Below, piece by piece: positions 24,500-38,183 of a DNA stretch of 64,000 bases (position 1 is its first letter; every line of letters starts with the position of its first letter). Both the position numbers and the translations under genes were made by a program. Under the pieces are notes generated by a model. The model had not been told where the DNA came from, ran no database searches, and worked only from the letters and a program-made list of their open reading frames with translations. The DNA comes from Octopus sinensis (Eukaryota), in contig NC_043001.1 of NCBI RefSeq assembly GCF_006345805.1, positions 55,614,001 to 55,678,000 of the forward strand, written 5' to 3'.

Positions 24500-25715
24500 A
24501 CAAGTAAATAAAGACTTATGATCTCAACAGTTGGACTAGCTGAAGAGGGCAATGCCAGATAGACAAGCCATGAAGGCACAGTTCAAGCAATACCTGAGCT
24601 GACGGCAGTCCACTGCCGTTTCATTGCATGACCTGATGTATGTGATCCTCTCCTTACCTCAGGACAGTACTCGGCGTCTTTCTCCAGCAAGAACAGTCTT
24701 TTGCCATCTTCTTCCAGATTTTGGTATTCATAATCATGGCCTTCATGATGAAGACACTAAGAACCAATTTTACCCACAACTGAAAACCATTCTTTCCAAA
24801 GTATTACCTAAATTTCTTCATCAGCTAACTCAGAATTTCTGTTTATTGCAAACCACCAATCCACTTCAAGTGTCAGTCAAGAATAAATACAAACTTAAAG
24901 ACTGAACTGAAAAATTTCAAGAATACACCAAAGACAAGTTGGCACAAAAAGAGGAAAACAATCCAAAATATTATCCAAAAAGCAGCCGAGAACAACAATG
25001 GCTTCACAGAATGAAAGAACCAAGATTAGTTTGATGAAAACAACGAAGAAAAAATACTTTGAAGATCTCAAGCAGATTTGACACACATGGATGACAGGGA
25101 TTCAAAACAATTGGTGGATAGAAAAGGTTATTGCATTTTAACAATATACAGACTCCAGAGACCTTAAAAATTTCAACACTTGCATCAATGAACTATAGGG
25201 CCCAATCTGATATCAAAGAACTACGGTGCCCAGTCTGAACATCAATGGGTACTTTGAAGATTATCAACAATACCAACTTTCTTGTTGATATCCAAAGCAT
25301 CCTGAAGGAACACTTCAGCTCTCTCCTAAATAAGAACTCCACTACAGCAGCAGATTTTCTTAGATCAATGCCTTAACATCTTGCTTAACTGTGGATGTTG
25401 AACCTTCTATTTTTGCATGAATTTAAAGCAATGCCACCAAAAACATGAAACCAAGGAAGTCACCTGGTCCAAATAACATCCCAAAATAGTAGCCCATAAG
25501 AAGGTCACAGCAATTGTAGAAACTAATGTGGTTTATCCCTCCTCTCCATTATAAGCGAAAATCTTCACCAGAATACTGAAAACTATCACATAGTCATCTC
25601 AGAATCTCAGTGTAGGCTTCAAACCACTAAAGGAACAATTTGACATGATATTCTGTGCAAGACAGCCACTGGAAAAATGCAGAGAACAAAAGAAATCTCT
25701 TGCTCTTGTTCTTCC
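24500..25715 (+). mobile_element. RTE (BovB-like) LINE fossil with internal deletions (endonuclease to early RT)
   Basis: HDLMYVILSLP, DEDTKNQFYPQL, KNQD*FDEN, KEHFSSLLN, KSPGPNNIP, AKIFTRIL, DMIFCARQPLEKCREQ. Confidence 0.82.
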
Positions 25716-25717
25716 AG

Positions 25718-25930
25718 AAACGTTAGCGCGACGGTCGAAATGCTAAGTGATATTTCGTCTGCCGTTACGTTCTGAGTTCGAATTCCGCCGAGGTCAACTT
25801 TACCTTTCATCCTTTCGGGGTCGATTAAATAAGTACCAGTTACGCACTGGGGTCGATGTAATTGACTTAATCCCTTTGTCTGTCCTTGTTTGTCCCCTCT
25901 GTGTTTAGCACCTTGTGGGCAATAAAAAAA
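25718..25930 (+). mobile_element. SINE-B, young, tail type TTAATCCCTTTGTCTGTCC
   Basis: CpG-rich head and central domain; it truncates the RTE fossil. Confidence 0.88.
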
Positions 25931-26019
25931 AATCTTTAACCTTCCAACACTGAGCAAAAAGTTACCACCCTTTTTATTAAACTCACTCTTATTTGAGGGG
26001 ACTCTTTAGTCTTACAAGT

Positions 26020-26390
26020 TACACAGTGACATCACTAGTGCCATGCAAACAAATACCCAGTGAGTGGGATTAAGAAGGGCATCAGCTGTAGAAATCATGG
26101 CAATGCAGTCATTGTAAAATGACAGTCCATTGATTCATGAAATCCTCTTAAACCAGCCAACACATGTCAGCTTGGAAGATGCTCTTGAATGATGATGATG
26201 ATGATGATGACATGCATATGGTGCCACAGTAAAAGCATCTAGCACACATTGTAAAGTGGTTGGCATTAAAAAGTACATCCAACTGTAGAAAACCATAAAC
26301 CAAAACCAAATCAGACTGGAACCTGGTGCAGCTTTCTAGCTCTGGTCAAACCATTCAATCTATGCCAGTATGAAAAACGGACATTAAAAG
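26020..26390 (+). mobile_element. Two family C LINE 3' UTR remnants
   Basis: TTAAGAAGGGCATCAGCTGTAGAAA...(GAT)n, then a second GGTGCCAC..AAAAGCA...CCAGTATGAAAAACGGACATTAAA. Confidence 0.7.
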
Positions 26391-26415
26391 GATAATGATA
26401 TTTATATAATTTATG

Positions 26416-26494
<79 letters not shown>

Positions 26495-27015
26495 TATATA
26501 TATGAAATACATACACACATTCATTATATATATAGAAATATATATACACATAAACATAAAAATATATACATATGAACATACATATAATATGTATAAACAC
26601 ACATATATAGATACAGATAAATATAACATGTGGTTATATGCATCCTGCACAATAACAAACCTCTGAAGCAAAGGTCAATGCAGAATGTATTTGAAAACAA
26701 ATGAACTCTATATCAGTTTCAATGATGCCAATCTCATTCATTAAATTACACTTTAAGTACTGTGCATTCTACAAGCACACATATCCTTAACATGTAGATC
26801 ACTCACATGTGCAAACAGAATTAACGATAGATACTTGCTAATCATTACTCATTAGCAATACACATTCACACATATACATGTGGCTCCCTCTTTCTCTCCC
26901 CGTGTCTCCCCCTTCCCCCAGCTCTCTCCCACATGCACAAACATACACAGCACTAAAGATACACATGCTTTAATGACCAATTAACAAATGCCTACAACTA
27001 ATATGTGTGTGTAGT

Positions 27016-27056
<41 letters not shown>

Positions 27057-28074
27057 AATGCAAGCACACATGGAAGCACACACAGAAAACCAAAGAGAGC
27101 AAGCATTAATCACTACATATTACATAAATACAAATATACAAGCACACACACATTGTCAGTCACAGGGATGAACTAACATAAGCTAAATACATCCTCAGAT
27201 TAATCACATATTACCACATAGAGACTCATACATATGCATACTTACACATAAGTAAATAGCTCAAATTGATAACCACACATCAAGACACACACACACACAC
27301 ACACATGTATACAAACACACATAGCTAAACAAATGCTCACATTGGCCAGCACATATTGAACCCTCCACCACAAACATACAGAGTGAGATAAAGCGGAGTC
27401 AGAGCCAATGCTATCTGCCAAGAAATCAAGAAGACTTGGCCAAGCTGACAGCTAATTATGTGAAAATCTTCCAACAATGTGTGCATGTGTGTGCGTGTGT
27501 ACACGTGCACACACATGTGTTTGATTGCAAAACACGAGTTGTTGCTGCACCCCAGGTCAGCTCAGATGGAAAAGACTTAGCACCAAATGCGTTCCAATCA
27601 TGACCATCTCATCTTTCAGTATAGAGGAAGCCCAGGGACCATATTATTCACTGTAGCCTTGAAAAAAAGTGCAAAAAATGGTTGCTATTTCTAGCAAATT
27701 GAGAGACCACACAAAGGCCGTTTGTTGGCTTCTTTCCTTTCTTGGCTCAAAAATGAAAAGTAAATCAGGGATGAAGGAATTTATCAAGTTTGAAGTTTAT
27801 CATCACAGCTATTTCAGACAAACCGCTTTTGGGTCAGCTGATAGAATCAGAGCTATTAACTACCAATTACTAATCAGACCACTACTTCAATGACCATCTA
27901 TCATCAACTAAAACCAGCAGCCAAGTGACTTACTGCAGGCTGGCTTAAAATACTGAACTACTTGCTTGCTTGATTTATCCATCTGAAGGGTCAAAGGGTG
28001 ATTGATCTTCAATTACTGGCAGTATACTGTGGATATGGTTGTTATCTCCATGGTAATTGCGGCTGTGGTTGTAT

Positions 28075-29015
28075 GTTTTAGATTTTACTTGCCTTGGTCA
28101 TTTGACTGCAGTCATCCTGGAGCATAGCCTTGAAGTATTTGAGTCAAAGAAATCAACCCCAGGATTTATTTTTTAATTAATCTGGTACTTATTCTATCGG
28201 TCTCTTTTGCCAAACTGCTAGGTTACAGCAACATAAACATGCTAACAATAGTTCTCACATGGTGGTGAGACGATAAATATAGACACTAAGACACACAACA
28301 CATACATATGTGTGTGTGTGTATATAGATATATATATATATATACGACAGACTTCTTTCTGTTACTTATTTCTTTACTGCCCACAAGGGGCTACACACAG
28401 AGGGGACAAACTGATTAAGTCGATTATATCAACCCCAGTGTGTAACTGGTACTTATTTAATCAAACCCGAAATGATAAAAGGCAAAGTTGACCTCAGCGG
28501 AATTTGAACTCAGAACGTAGCGGTAGACAAAATACCTATTTCTTTACTACCCACAAAGGGCTAAACACAGAGAGGACAAACAAGGACAGACAAACAGATT
28601 AAGTCGATTATATCAACCCCAGTGCGTAACTGGTACTTATTTAATCAACCCTGAAAGGATGAAAGGCAAAGTCGACCTCGGTGGAATTTGAAGTCAGAAC
28701 GTAACGGCAGACAAAATACTGCTAAGCATTTCGCCTGGCATGCTAAAGTTTCTGCTAGCTTGTTGCCTTCAGTGTGGGGTATTGGGAATAGTTTTCAACG
28801 AGCAATAACCACGCCTCGGGTACACCTCATTGGCTATGGTACCACCTCTGCGCAAAGACTTCTTTCTGTTTCTGCCTACCAAACCTTCTCATAAGGCCTT
28901 GGTCAGCCTGAGATTAAAGTAGAAGATACTTGCCCAAGGTGTCACACAGTAGGACTGAAACCAGAACCATGTGGCTGGGAAGCAAGCTTCTTACCACAGA
29001 GCCAAGCCTGTGCCT
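28075..29015 (-). mobile_element. SINE-A interrupted by a composite insertion
   Basis: Tail module at about 28075-28363 and head module at about 28856-29015. Confidence 0.8.
28364..28855 (-). mobile_element. Composite insert: about 105-bp leader, full SINE-B and 5'-truncated SINE-B, with a 15-bp TSD
   Basis: AGACTTCTTTCTGTT occurs at 28349-28363 and 28856-28870. Confidence 0.85.
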
Positions 29016-29211
29016 AGTTGTACTTGTAATACTTGTACTTGGCTGTAATTGTATTATCATTGCAGCAGCAGTTGTGACTGTGTGATGGCCAAAATTATGA
29101 CCCATGAATTTATTAGGATTGCATTTAAGGAGCCATGTGATTGTATTTATGACTGTGACTGTGGCTGTAGTTGTGACTCTTCTGCTGTTATGGCCATGTT
29201 TATCCTTTTTA

Positions 29212-29655
29212 CCCTTTAAAACATTTAAATCAGCCAAATCTAGTCAAAATATTCTACCTGTTCCATGTTCAGATTGGCCAGATCCGGGCTATCACACCCA
29301 CCCTATAATATCATTCCAAAACTAAACAATCACATTGCCAAAATCTCAATGCTACAAGATATGAAGGATTAAATCAAAGCAATGTAAATAAATGAGTACT
29401 ACATTTGACAAAGTAATCTGAATACTAAAGGGTTAATGTTTAAACTGACCATAACAGACCCAAATATTCTACCAGTTTTAAGTTCAAATTGGCCAAGTTC
29501 AGCCTATCACACCTACCCTACAATGTCATTCTAGAAATACACGATCACATGATCAATGATCAAAATCTCAAAGATACATGATAATGTATGATTAATTCAA
29601 AGCAATGTGAAGAAATAAGCATTACATTTGACAGAATAATCTGAATGCTACAGGG
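29212..29655. mobile_element. Two tandem MITE-D copies (29212-29432 and left-truncated 29437-29655)
   Basis: Both end AAT.CTA.AGGG|TTA; the internal sequence is duplicated. Confidence 0.78.
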
Positions 29656-30544
29656 TTATAATTGTAGATAAGACTCTGCCATGACTCTGCAGAAGATTCT
29701 TTCCTTCTCTCTCTCTTTCTTTCTTTCTTTCTTATTTTTAGTGTATTTTGCCAAAAATAGAAAGGACAGCCTACATGACCTCTTTGGAGACATAAAAGGC
29801 ATAGATCTGAGTATGTTGGGTTTCACAGAAGAAATAATTCACAATGCTGACAATAGCCGGTTGATTGGCAGAATTATTAAAGCATCAGACAAATGTCTTA
29901 TGGCATCTGTTCTGGTACTTTCTATGTGAGTTCAAATCCCTCCAAGGTCAACCTTGCCTTTCATTCTTTCAGTATTCATAAAATGTAACACCCTACAAAC
30001 CTCATCCTCTCTCCCTACCTAGTTATTGCCATTCAAATGAGGATGCCAGCCAGTCCTTAGCCTGCATAAAACAGGGAGGGCCTGGAGCTAGGAAACGCTT
30101 TTCATAGAAAAAAAAAAAAAAACTAACTTGCTACAGAAGTCATAGAAAGAAACTAAAAGAAAATTCTTTGCTTTCAAAGGCAGATATTGTAAATATGGGT
30201 GGACCAGTGAGTGGTGGAGCATTGGGCTTAATAAAACCAATAGAAGATAAATACTCTATGTTGAAAACAATAACAAGGACTGGGGGTAGTAGTTGATGAT
30301 AATGATCACCATCATCTTAGAAATCAAGATGCTCATGCTGAAGATGACATATATGAGTATAATAACTATCACGTACATTTATATGCAGGCAACATAACAG
30401 AAAAAACTCCAACACTTTCTTCATATATATCATCATCATCATCGTTTAATATCCGTTTTCCATGCTAGCATGGGTTGGACGGTTCGACCGGGGTCTGGGA
30501 ACCTAGGAGGCTGCACCAGGCTCCAGTCTGATCTATCTATCTAT

Positions 30545-30545
30545 C

Positions 30546-30596
<51 letters not shown>

Positions 30597-30704
30597 CACA
30601 TATGAGATGCAAAGATCTCAGTATAGAAAACACTTAGTAGTGCTCTAAAAACTCAAACTATATATATATATATGTACGCACATACATATATACATGTGTG
30701 TATG

Positions 30705-30737
<33 letters not shown>

Positions 30738-30803
30738 GTACATATATATATGTACATACATATATATATACATATATATGTACATACATATATATATACA
30801 TAT

Positions 30804-30837
<34 letters not shown>

Positions 30838-30932
30838 ATATATATATATATATGTATATATGTACATACATATATATATACATATATATATGTACATACA
30901 TATATATGTACGTACGTACATACATACATACA
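30545..30932. repeat. (TA)n / (TACA)n microsatellites
   Basis: Direct reading; these tracts generate the Y/I/C/M ORFs. Confidence 0.9.
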
Positions 30933-30938
30933 TATTAA

Positions 30939-31159
30939 CCCTTTATCATTTAAACCAGCTATATCTGGCTCAGATATTCTACCAGTTTTGTGCTCAAACT
31001 GACCAGATTTGACCTCTCACATCTACTGATCAAATGACAAACTAAAAATATATAATCACATCACCAAAATTTCAAAGCTATGAGATAATGCCTGATTAAC
31101 TCAAAACAATGTGAATAAAGAAACATTACATTTGGCAGAGTAATCTCAATGCTAAAGGG
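30939..31159. mobile_element. piggyBac-like MITE-D
   Basis: TTAA|CCCTTTATCATT...AATGCTAAAGGG|TTAA. Confidence 0.88.
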
Positions 31160-32029
31160 TTAAACAACTGAAGTATAACAAATGGAGATGAATCGAGAAT
31201 ATCACTAGTAATTATTCTAGCAATCAAAAGCGATAAGAAACTAAGTGATTTCTGATGCGATTTGGAATCAGAGGTACATAGCATTATATTGCATAATATG
31301 AAGTTTTCCATAACCTCTTGCCCATAGCAACAGTAAGCCTTATATGTGTATGTGTGTGTGCCAACTTTTTCCCTAGTCGGTAACAACCACTTGTTGGCAT
31401 TTTGGTAAATATCATTTCCAGCACATTAATAAAGGAGAGGATTTGTGAAAACCTTCACTGGAAGTATGATGTTAATTCACCAACAACCATTCGTTACATA
31501 ACCAGTCAAATAACTAGAGACCCTCAATGCGGAATCCAGATGATAAGCACATCAATCAATGTGACTGTTATTCGAGCATGTGTGTAATACATATACACAC
31601 ACATGCACACACATGTACCACCATGTCTGTGCAGTTAGAATCTTAACTTCAAAACACATGGTGTCAGGGTCCGCTGTACTTTGTAGCACTTTAGGCAAGT
31701 ATTTTGTACTATACCTTGGTCATGTGATTTAATATTGTAAATGGAAACTGTAGGAAACCTTTCTGGCATTATGGCCAGTTACACTACACTTCCAAAGAAC
31801 TGTGAAATATCAAATCTTCATTACTTGGAAAATCAAGTAAGGGTCAACAGCAGAAAGAATATTTAGTCATAAAATCCTGCTTTCAACATTCCTCCATCCA
31901 ATCCATACCAGAATGAAAGAAAAAAACTCACGACATTAAATTAATGATATCCATGTGAGCATATGAGTGTATTCATAATATATAATGAATATGTATGTAT
32001 TTATACACTCACATGTGGAATTAATGCAT

Positions 32030-32420
32030 AGGCATAGGCATGGCTGTGTGGTAAGAAGCCTGCTTCACAACCACATGGTTCTGGGTTCAGTTTCACTGTG
32101 TGGTACCTTGGGCAAGTGCCTTCTGCTATAGCCTGAGGCCAACCACAAAGCCTTGTGAGTGGATTTGGTAGATGGAAACTGAAAGAAGCCCATTGTATAT
32201 ATGTATATCTATGTGTGTTTGTCCAGCCACCATCGCTTGACAACTGTTGGCATATTTACATCCTCATAACTTAGCAGTTTGACAAAAGCAACCAATAGAA
32301 TAAATATTACGCTTTAAAAAAATAAGTTAATATTGGGGTCAATTGGTTAGGGAAAAACTTAAGGCATTGCCCCAGCATGGCCACAGTCTAATAACTGAAA
32401 CAAGTAAAAGATAAAAGATA
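32030..32420 (+). mobile_element. SINE-A
   Basis: Full two-module structure. Confidence 0.85.
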
Positions 32421-32437
32421 GATGTACAATTCTATAT

Positions 32438-32477
<40 letters not shown>

Positions 32478-33024
32478 AACACTCACAGTGTCACTCCATG
32501 AAAATTAACATGCATATATACACACGTGCATACAAGTTTTTTTGATGACAGGACATAACTTTTCCCATTCAAATAAGGAATTTCTTTTCTAAGGGCTTTG
32601 GATTTTACAGCTGTATGTCTAAATTGAAACCCAATATTACTTATTCACATGGAGTAAGGAGTGTCAGCATCATTAATCACTCTTTTATGGTATTGTTACT
32701 GTTGTTGTTGTTGTCATTGTTAATATATTTCCTTTTTGTGTGACTATTATGACACCAGAACAGAAAGGGGACATTAAGGTTAGAATCAGAAACTGACCCC
32801 AATACAAAAGAACTTGATATTTCACAATATCTACTGAAGAAATCAAATCTCACCAACCTTTAGTAACAAGGTGATAACAATGACACCCTAGTTAGCATTA
32901 CTCTCTCCTTCTCCAGAAGATAAAGTTTCAGGATCACCGCCATCACCAACCAAACCAGCCATGATTAAATAGGAAATGTGGAAAATCAAATCTTGAATGA
33001 ATGAATTTCAACATGATCATAGTG

Positions 33025-33060
<36 letters not shown>

Positions 33061-33062
<2 letters not shown>

Positions 33063-33502
33063 AGTGGCAAACTGGCAGTATTGTTAGCATGTCCAGCATA
33101 ATGCTTGGTGGTATTTCATCTGTCACTACGTCCCGAGTTCAAATTCCACCATGGTCGACTTTGTCTTTCATTCTTACAAGGTTGATAAGATAAGTACCAG
33201 ATGAGTATGAGGGGGACGGATGTTTTCGACTAGTCCCCTCCCCAATTTCAGGCCTCTTGCCTATTAGTAGAATGGATTATTGTTATTATTATTGATGCTG
33301 TGAGCTAGCAGAATCATTAGCATGCTGAGCAAATTGCTTAGTAGCATTTCATCCATCTTTGTTCTGAGTTCAAATTCAGCTAAGTTCAACTTTCTCTTTC
33401 TTCCTTTCAGGGTCAATAAAATAAGTACCATTTGAGCACTGGGGGTTGATGTAATTGACTTACCCCTCCCCTGAACTTGTTGTCTTGTGCCAAAATTTGA
33501 AA
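33061..33502 (+). mobile_element. Two head-to-tail SINE-B copies next to (ATT)n
   Basis: Copies at about 33061-33270 and 33291-33502. Confidence 0.8.
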
Positions 33503-34525
33503 TGATCATTATGAAGGAACTGTAAGGCTTCCTTAGAGCATTGGATAAACTGTTTTGCAATATTTAGTTATGACTTGTTAAATACTTATTTCAAATTGCT
33601 TCAAGGTCAACTTTACTGTTCAACTCTCCAAAGTTGATAAAATGAAATTCCAATCAATTCAATGTAGCTGGCTGTTCCTCTGCCCTAAATTTGTACCTTT
33701 GTTAGAAACAACTATTATTATCGTTGTTGTTGCTATTGTTACAGCTGTCTCTTGTAGTTAAAATCAGAATTAAATCCAGAATCCAAGTTATCTAGCAATG
33801 AACTGTGTTGGCAACAATTAATCCACAGGAGAATTACCCAGAAGATTTCTATTCATAAGTTCAAATTGCCGAAGAATGAAGACTCTAATATCTCAGTTGG
33901 GGATGAGAGAGAGAGAGAGATTGTTGTCAACATAACAGTAAGCTAGTAATAGTAGCACTAAGACAATAAAATGCTTAGAACAGCCCCAGGGATTCTTCAT
34001 TCTGGAAGTGCTTGACGGAGCCATTCCATCCTGAAAACATTTGCTAGAACACTTTAACTCCGGACATGCTTTCGAGAATATCTGCAATCAAGGTAAGCTT
34101 TGGAAAACTACACAATGGATGTGCTTGGAAATCTCATGAACTTTGGGTGTGTTTGATGGGATCTTGATTTCTAAGTAAGCTTGAAAGAATCCTTGCATTT
34201 TATGTATGCTTTAGAGAACTCAGAAATACTGGATGTAGTTGGGAGAACAATACCCTGCATAATATTTAAGAGAGCCCTTTCACTCTCATGATCAGAGATG
34301 CACATATCGTTGCCCACTAAGGGACATGCTTAACTGCTTAAGCTCAAGCAACTGACAAGCAAATCTGTGGTTTTGAACAGACTATTTGCTGTAGTGCATT
34401 TTTTACACCAAGACAAATCATGTACATATTAACTCTTCCAATCAGTTAAGATCAGTAGCCATGAGAACAACAGCCTGGTATTGCATCAGGGTATTTATCA
34501 TTATTATTATTATTATTATTATTAT

Positions 34526-34563
<38 letters not shown>

Positions 34564-34565
34564 TT

Positions 34566-34760
34566 AAGGCAGTAAGCATGGTAGAACCATTAGCAAAATG
34601 CTTAGCAGCATTTCGTCTGGTTTTACATTCTGAGTTCAAATTCAGCTAAGTTCGACTTTGTCTTTCATCCTTTCCAGGTCAATAAAATAAGTATCAGTTG
34701 AGCACTGGGGTCAATGTAATCAACTTATCTCTTCCCACAAAATAGCTGGCCTTATGCTGC
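34566..34760 (+). mobile_element. SINE-B following (ATT)n(AGT)n
   Basis: AAGGCAGTAAGCATGGTAGAA head and central domain. Confidence 0.8.
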
Positions 34761-35828
34761 CTCAACCACTGGTTGCACCACCACTGCCATCATCATCATC
34801 ATCATCATCATTTTTATTGTTGTTTGGGTTCTTTTTTGTCTTTGATGTTCTTTAAGTCAGATCTAATAGAATGGAATTATGAATGATCAAAAAACATTTT
34901 GAACACAACTTATATCTGATGTTTAGTTTTATTTAGAACAATAATATTCAATATCTATCCATTTAAGACTACATGATGAAATTAACAGGAATTTAACTGC
35001 TATTATTAGCAGATTAAGTAATGTGTGTAGAAACTCTGTAAGCAAATTTTTCTGATCTGACTTGATAAATTGCCATTACTCACTAAAGAAAAAAAAAATT
35101 TTTTTTTTTATAAATAACCTTTATCAGTTGTCTAAAAAGACTTTGAAGCTTAGTAACAGATAGCAGTAGTAATCTGCATTGTCTCCCATATTTGAAAGAG
35201 AAATGAAAAAAACCTTACTTATTGAATATCATTTTCTCCTAACTGTATAATTACTTCTAGATAGCTTACTCACTTTTTCTCTCTTGCATGAAATATGTCA
35301 ATGCTTAAATTAAGTATATCATAAATAGTCAGTTTAGCTAGCTCAGGTAATATAACATGAAGCTTTTAATCTCAGGATTGCAAGATTTGTGGGTTAAGTA
35401 TTTTCTCAATAGAAATGTTCATTCTAAATGCAATAACAATTTTATTGAATGCAACTGATAATGATAATTTTATTATTATTAAGCATACATAATAATTCAA
35501 GTCAATAAAATTTATTATCATTGTAGTTCCAACAAAAGTTTCTTGTATTTATTTTGATCATAGCATCCAGATATTTATTGGATGCAAATTCTCCTCAACT
35601 CCTAATTTCAAACCTGGTTGAAAGAAACGTGGTTACTTTATTCAGCAAAATGAACAGTAATTGTAAAAAAGTTAACAAGCCCATGATGATGGCTATAATA
35701 TATATGCTGATGATGTTTATCAAGATGATAATGACATTTGTTGTTGCTTAGTAACAGCTCAACTTCTCATCAAAAAGACTAATGATCAAAGGTGTTTCAA
35801 CTGCAACCATCAAGTCTTTCTCTAAGAA

Positions 35829-36167
35829 CAGTGGTTCCCAATCATTTCTTTTATCTAAGGACCTCTTTCATTTCTATTTTATTCTAGTGGACCCCCATAG
35901 CCATTTGATGTTTAAAAACTAGTTTTATAGACACCTCTTTCAAAATTCCTATTTTGTTTATCATACATTCACTCTTGTAGCTTGAACTATGTAAAATATT
36001 AAAGAAAGAAACTGAGCTGTTCCTTGCAATAAATACGTCCAAAGCAAAGTTTTTTCATGGACCCTTAAAACACTACTGTGAATTCCCAATTTAATATTTC
36101 GCTTGCATGGACCCCCAAAATTTTATATGGACCCCAGGGATCATACGGACTCTGGTTGAGACCACTA
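35829..36167. mobile_element. hAT-like MITE
   Basis: CAGTGGTTCCCAATC...GGTTGAGACCACTA ends; flanks TCTAAGAA/TCTTAGAG; homologous to 16485-16742. Confidence 0.7.
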
Positions 36168-36974
36168 TCTTAGAGCATGCATTGTGTATCTAGGATTATA
36201 TTATCAAATGTATCCCTCCTTTTTCAAGATAAGACAATAAAGTGTCATTTGAGGAAGATCTGACTGCTATTTCTATCCTGCTTCCTTATTATTACTTCAA
36301 TGATGATGATAGTAGTAATGGTGGTGGTGGTGGTGGTGGTCCTTGTTATGGTAAAAGAAAGGAAGTGAGTATAATATCCTCTTTCCTATCCCCTGTGACA
36401 AACACACTCCCTCCTCCCTTCTGCAACATATAAAGTTAAGCCTAGCTTAAATATATCAACCATCTGTGCAATGTTTAGGGACTTCTCTTAGAGTGAAATT
36501 CCTGACATCTGAAAATTTCAAGGAATCACTCTGGTGTTCATAATTCTAAAAGTCAATCTTTTTCCTATATTGCACCAGTTACAGTCTACAGAGGTGTCAA
36601 TATCATTCACTCTCTCTTTCCCTCTCCTCTCTGTCTCCCTGTATGTGTCTTTATGTAAATACACACGTGCACACACACATTATATTTAGTTTCTGTTTAT
36701 ACTGCAGTGCAAGTTAAAGTATTGGATATAAGTTAATGTTGGAAGTGTAGTATTGTGTGAGATGAACAAGGATTACATATGCCCAAATTATGGTTTCATT
36801 CAAGTAGCTGGGTGTGTGTGTCAGAAAGTCAAATAGTAATAAGATGGTTCAAGGTGGTGAAAGCAGAGATCATCAATTGTCATCAGTCATGCATCACAGC
36901 TATATTCTTAAAAAATTCTCTAGAAAAATTTGGGGAATATCTTAGCACAATGAAATTAGTACATTCTTTTTAAT

Positions 36975-37560
36975 AACACTGTGTAATGATTTCTAAAAAA
37001 TTTTGTCTTATCTTTGGTCAGTAAGTGTTATTTCCTATTTGTTTCAATCTAGAGATCAAAGAAAATGACTACCATTCCCTTCAAGCTTTGCTTTTGTGAC
37101 CTGGACATCAGTGTTTTGAAACTGACCTATTTTCCATTACATTTCAGATAAATTCAGCACTGTGCTGCTGAATCAGAATTTTCTAGAACTTTCTAGAAGC
37201 TTCAAGAACTTTTGAGAAGTTTCTAAAAGTTAAGTTTACTTCTAGCTGTCCAAGTGGAGACAAGTTTGAAGAAAGCAAAGTATGAAGGAAATATTAGCTC
37301 TATTTCATACTTTCCAGGGGTAAGCAAATAGGAAATGACAGTTGCTACCCAAAGACAAAAATTGTGATCTAAAGTTTCTTTGTGAAGGAGGGGTTACATT
37401 GTTAAATGCCTGTACCTTACCCAACACTATTCATGAAATATTGCTGGTCTCTCATTTGCCTCTCAATTTTCTAATGAGCTATGACAGTGCTGTGTTGCTT
37501 TCCAGGAGATAAAAATGAAATGAGCTGTTAAGCTGCATGAGACAACCTTTGAAGCAGTGT
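36975..37560 (+). mobile_element. Mariner-like element 5' fragment (UTR and decayed N-terminus)
   Basis: ATG at 37335 followed by a frameshifted MTVAT.....IVIKFL.EG-like start and SYDSAVLLSRR, resembling the mariner N-terminal HTH region. Confidence 0.5.
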
Positions 37561-37572
37561 TCTGTAAGCCAT

Positions 37573-37730
37573 AGGAGACACATGGTTTGGTTGTTAGGAT
37601 GTTGAACTCACAATAAAGTCATGGATTTGATTCCTGGATAGGATGACATATTGTCTCCTTGAGCAAGGCACTTTATTTCATATTGCTCCAGTTTAGTCAG
37701 CTGAAAATGAGTACCAGCCCAGTGCTGGTG
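37573..37730 (+). mobile_element. SINE-E/F head fragment
   Basis: CCTTGAGCAAGGCACTTTATTTCATATTGCTCCAG. Confidence 0.7.
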
Positions 37731-38122
37731 TAGCCCTTTCCTCCCCCAAGTCTGTCTCCTGGATGTTCTGCTAGGTCAAAGGTAGGAGAGGAAGCCTACG
37801 GCTGCTTGCAACTATATAGGCACCAAAAAGAATTTAGTGAAATCATGAGTTGTGTAACAATATCATAGTCACCTACAAGTGACAGCTTTGCATGCATGAT
37901 ATGCAGAGCTGGAGACACGCATTGGTATACAATGTTTTGCTCGAGGGGTTTTCCATTTAAAGCAAAATTCCATGTTTCAGTAATTGTGACTTGTAACAAA
38001 CATTAGACATGCTTTTTCATGCAGCTTCTATTTGTAGACCATGAACAGAAATTGAAAGGAAGCCAGCTTATGTTATTGAAGAAAAAACTTCAATGGATAG
38101 TTTCTTATGTTTTTTTTATTTT

Positions 38123-38183
38123 AATCAGATTACTAGTTTACTAAATCAGATTACTAGTTTACTAAATCAGATTACTAGTTTAC
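38123..38183. repeat. 21-bp tandem repeat, about 2.9 copies
   Basis: Unit AATCAGATTACTAGTTTACTA, with identical copies. Confidence 0.95.

Noticed and set aside
24602-24619. ACGGCAGT-CC-ACTGCCGT palindrome
   Set aside because: Only 8 bp within an RTE fossil, which is compatible with chance or a local template switch.
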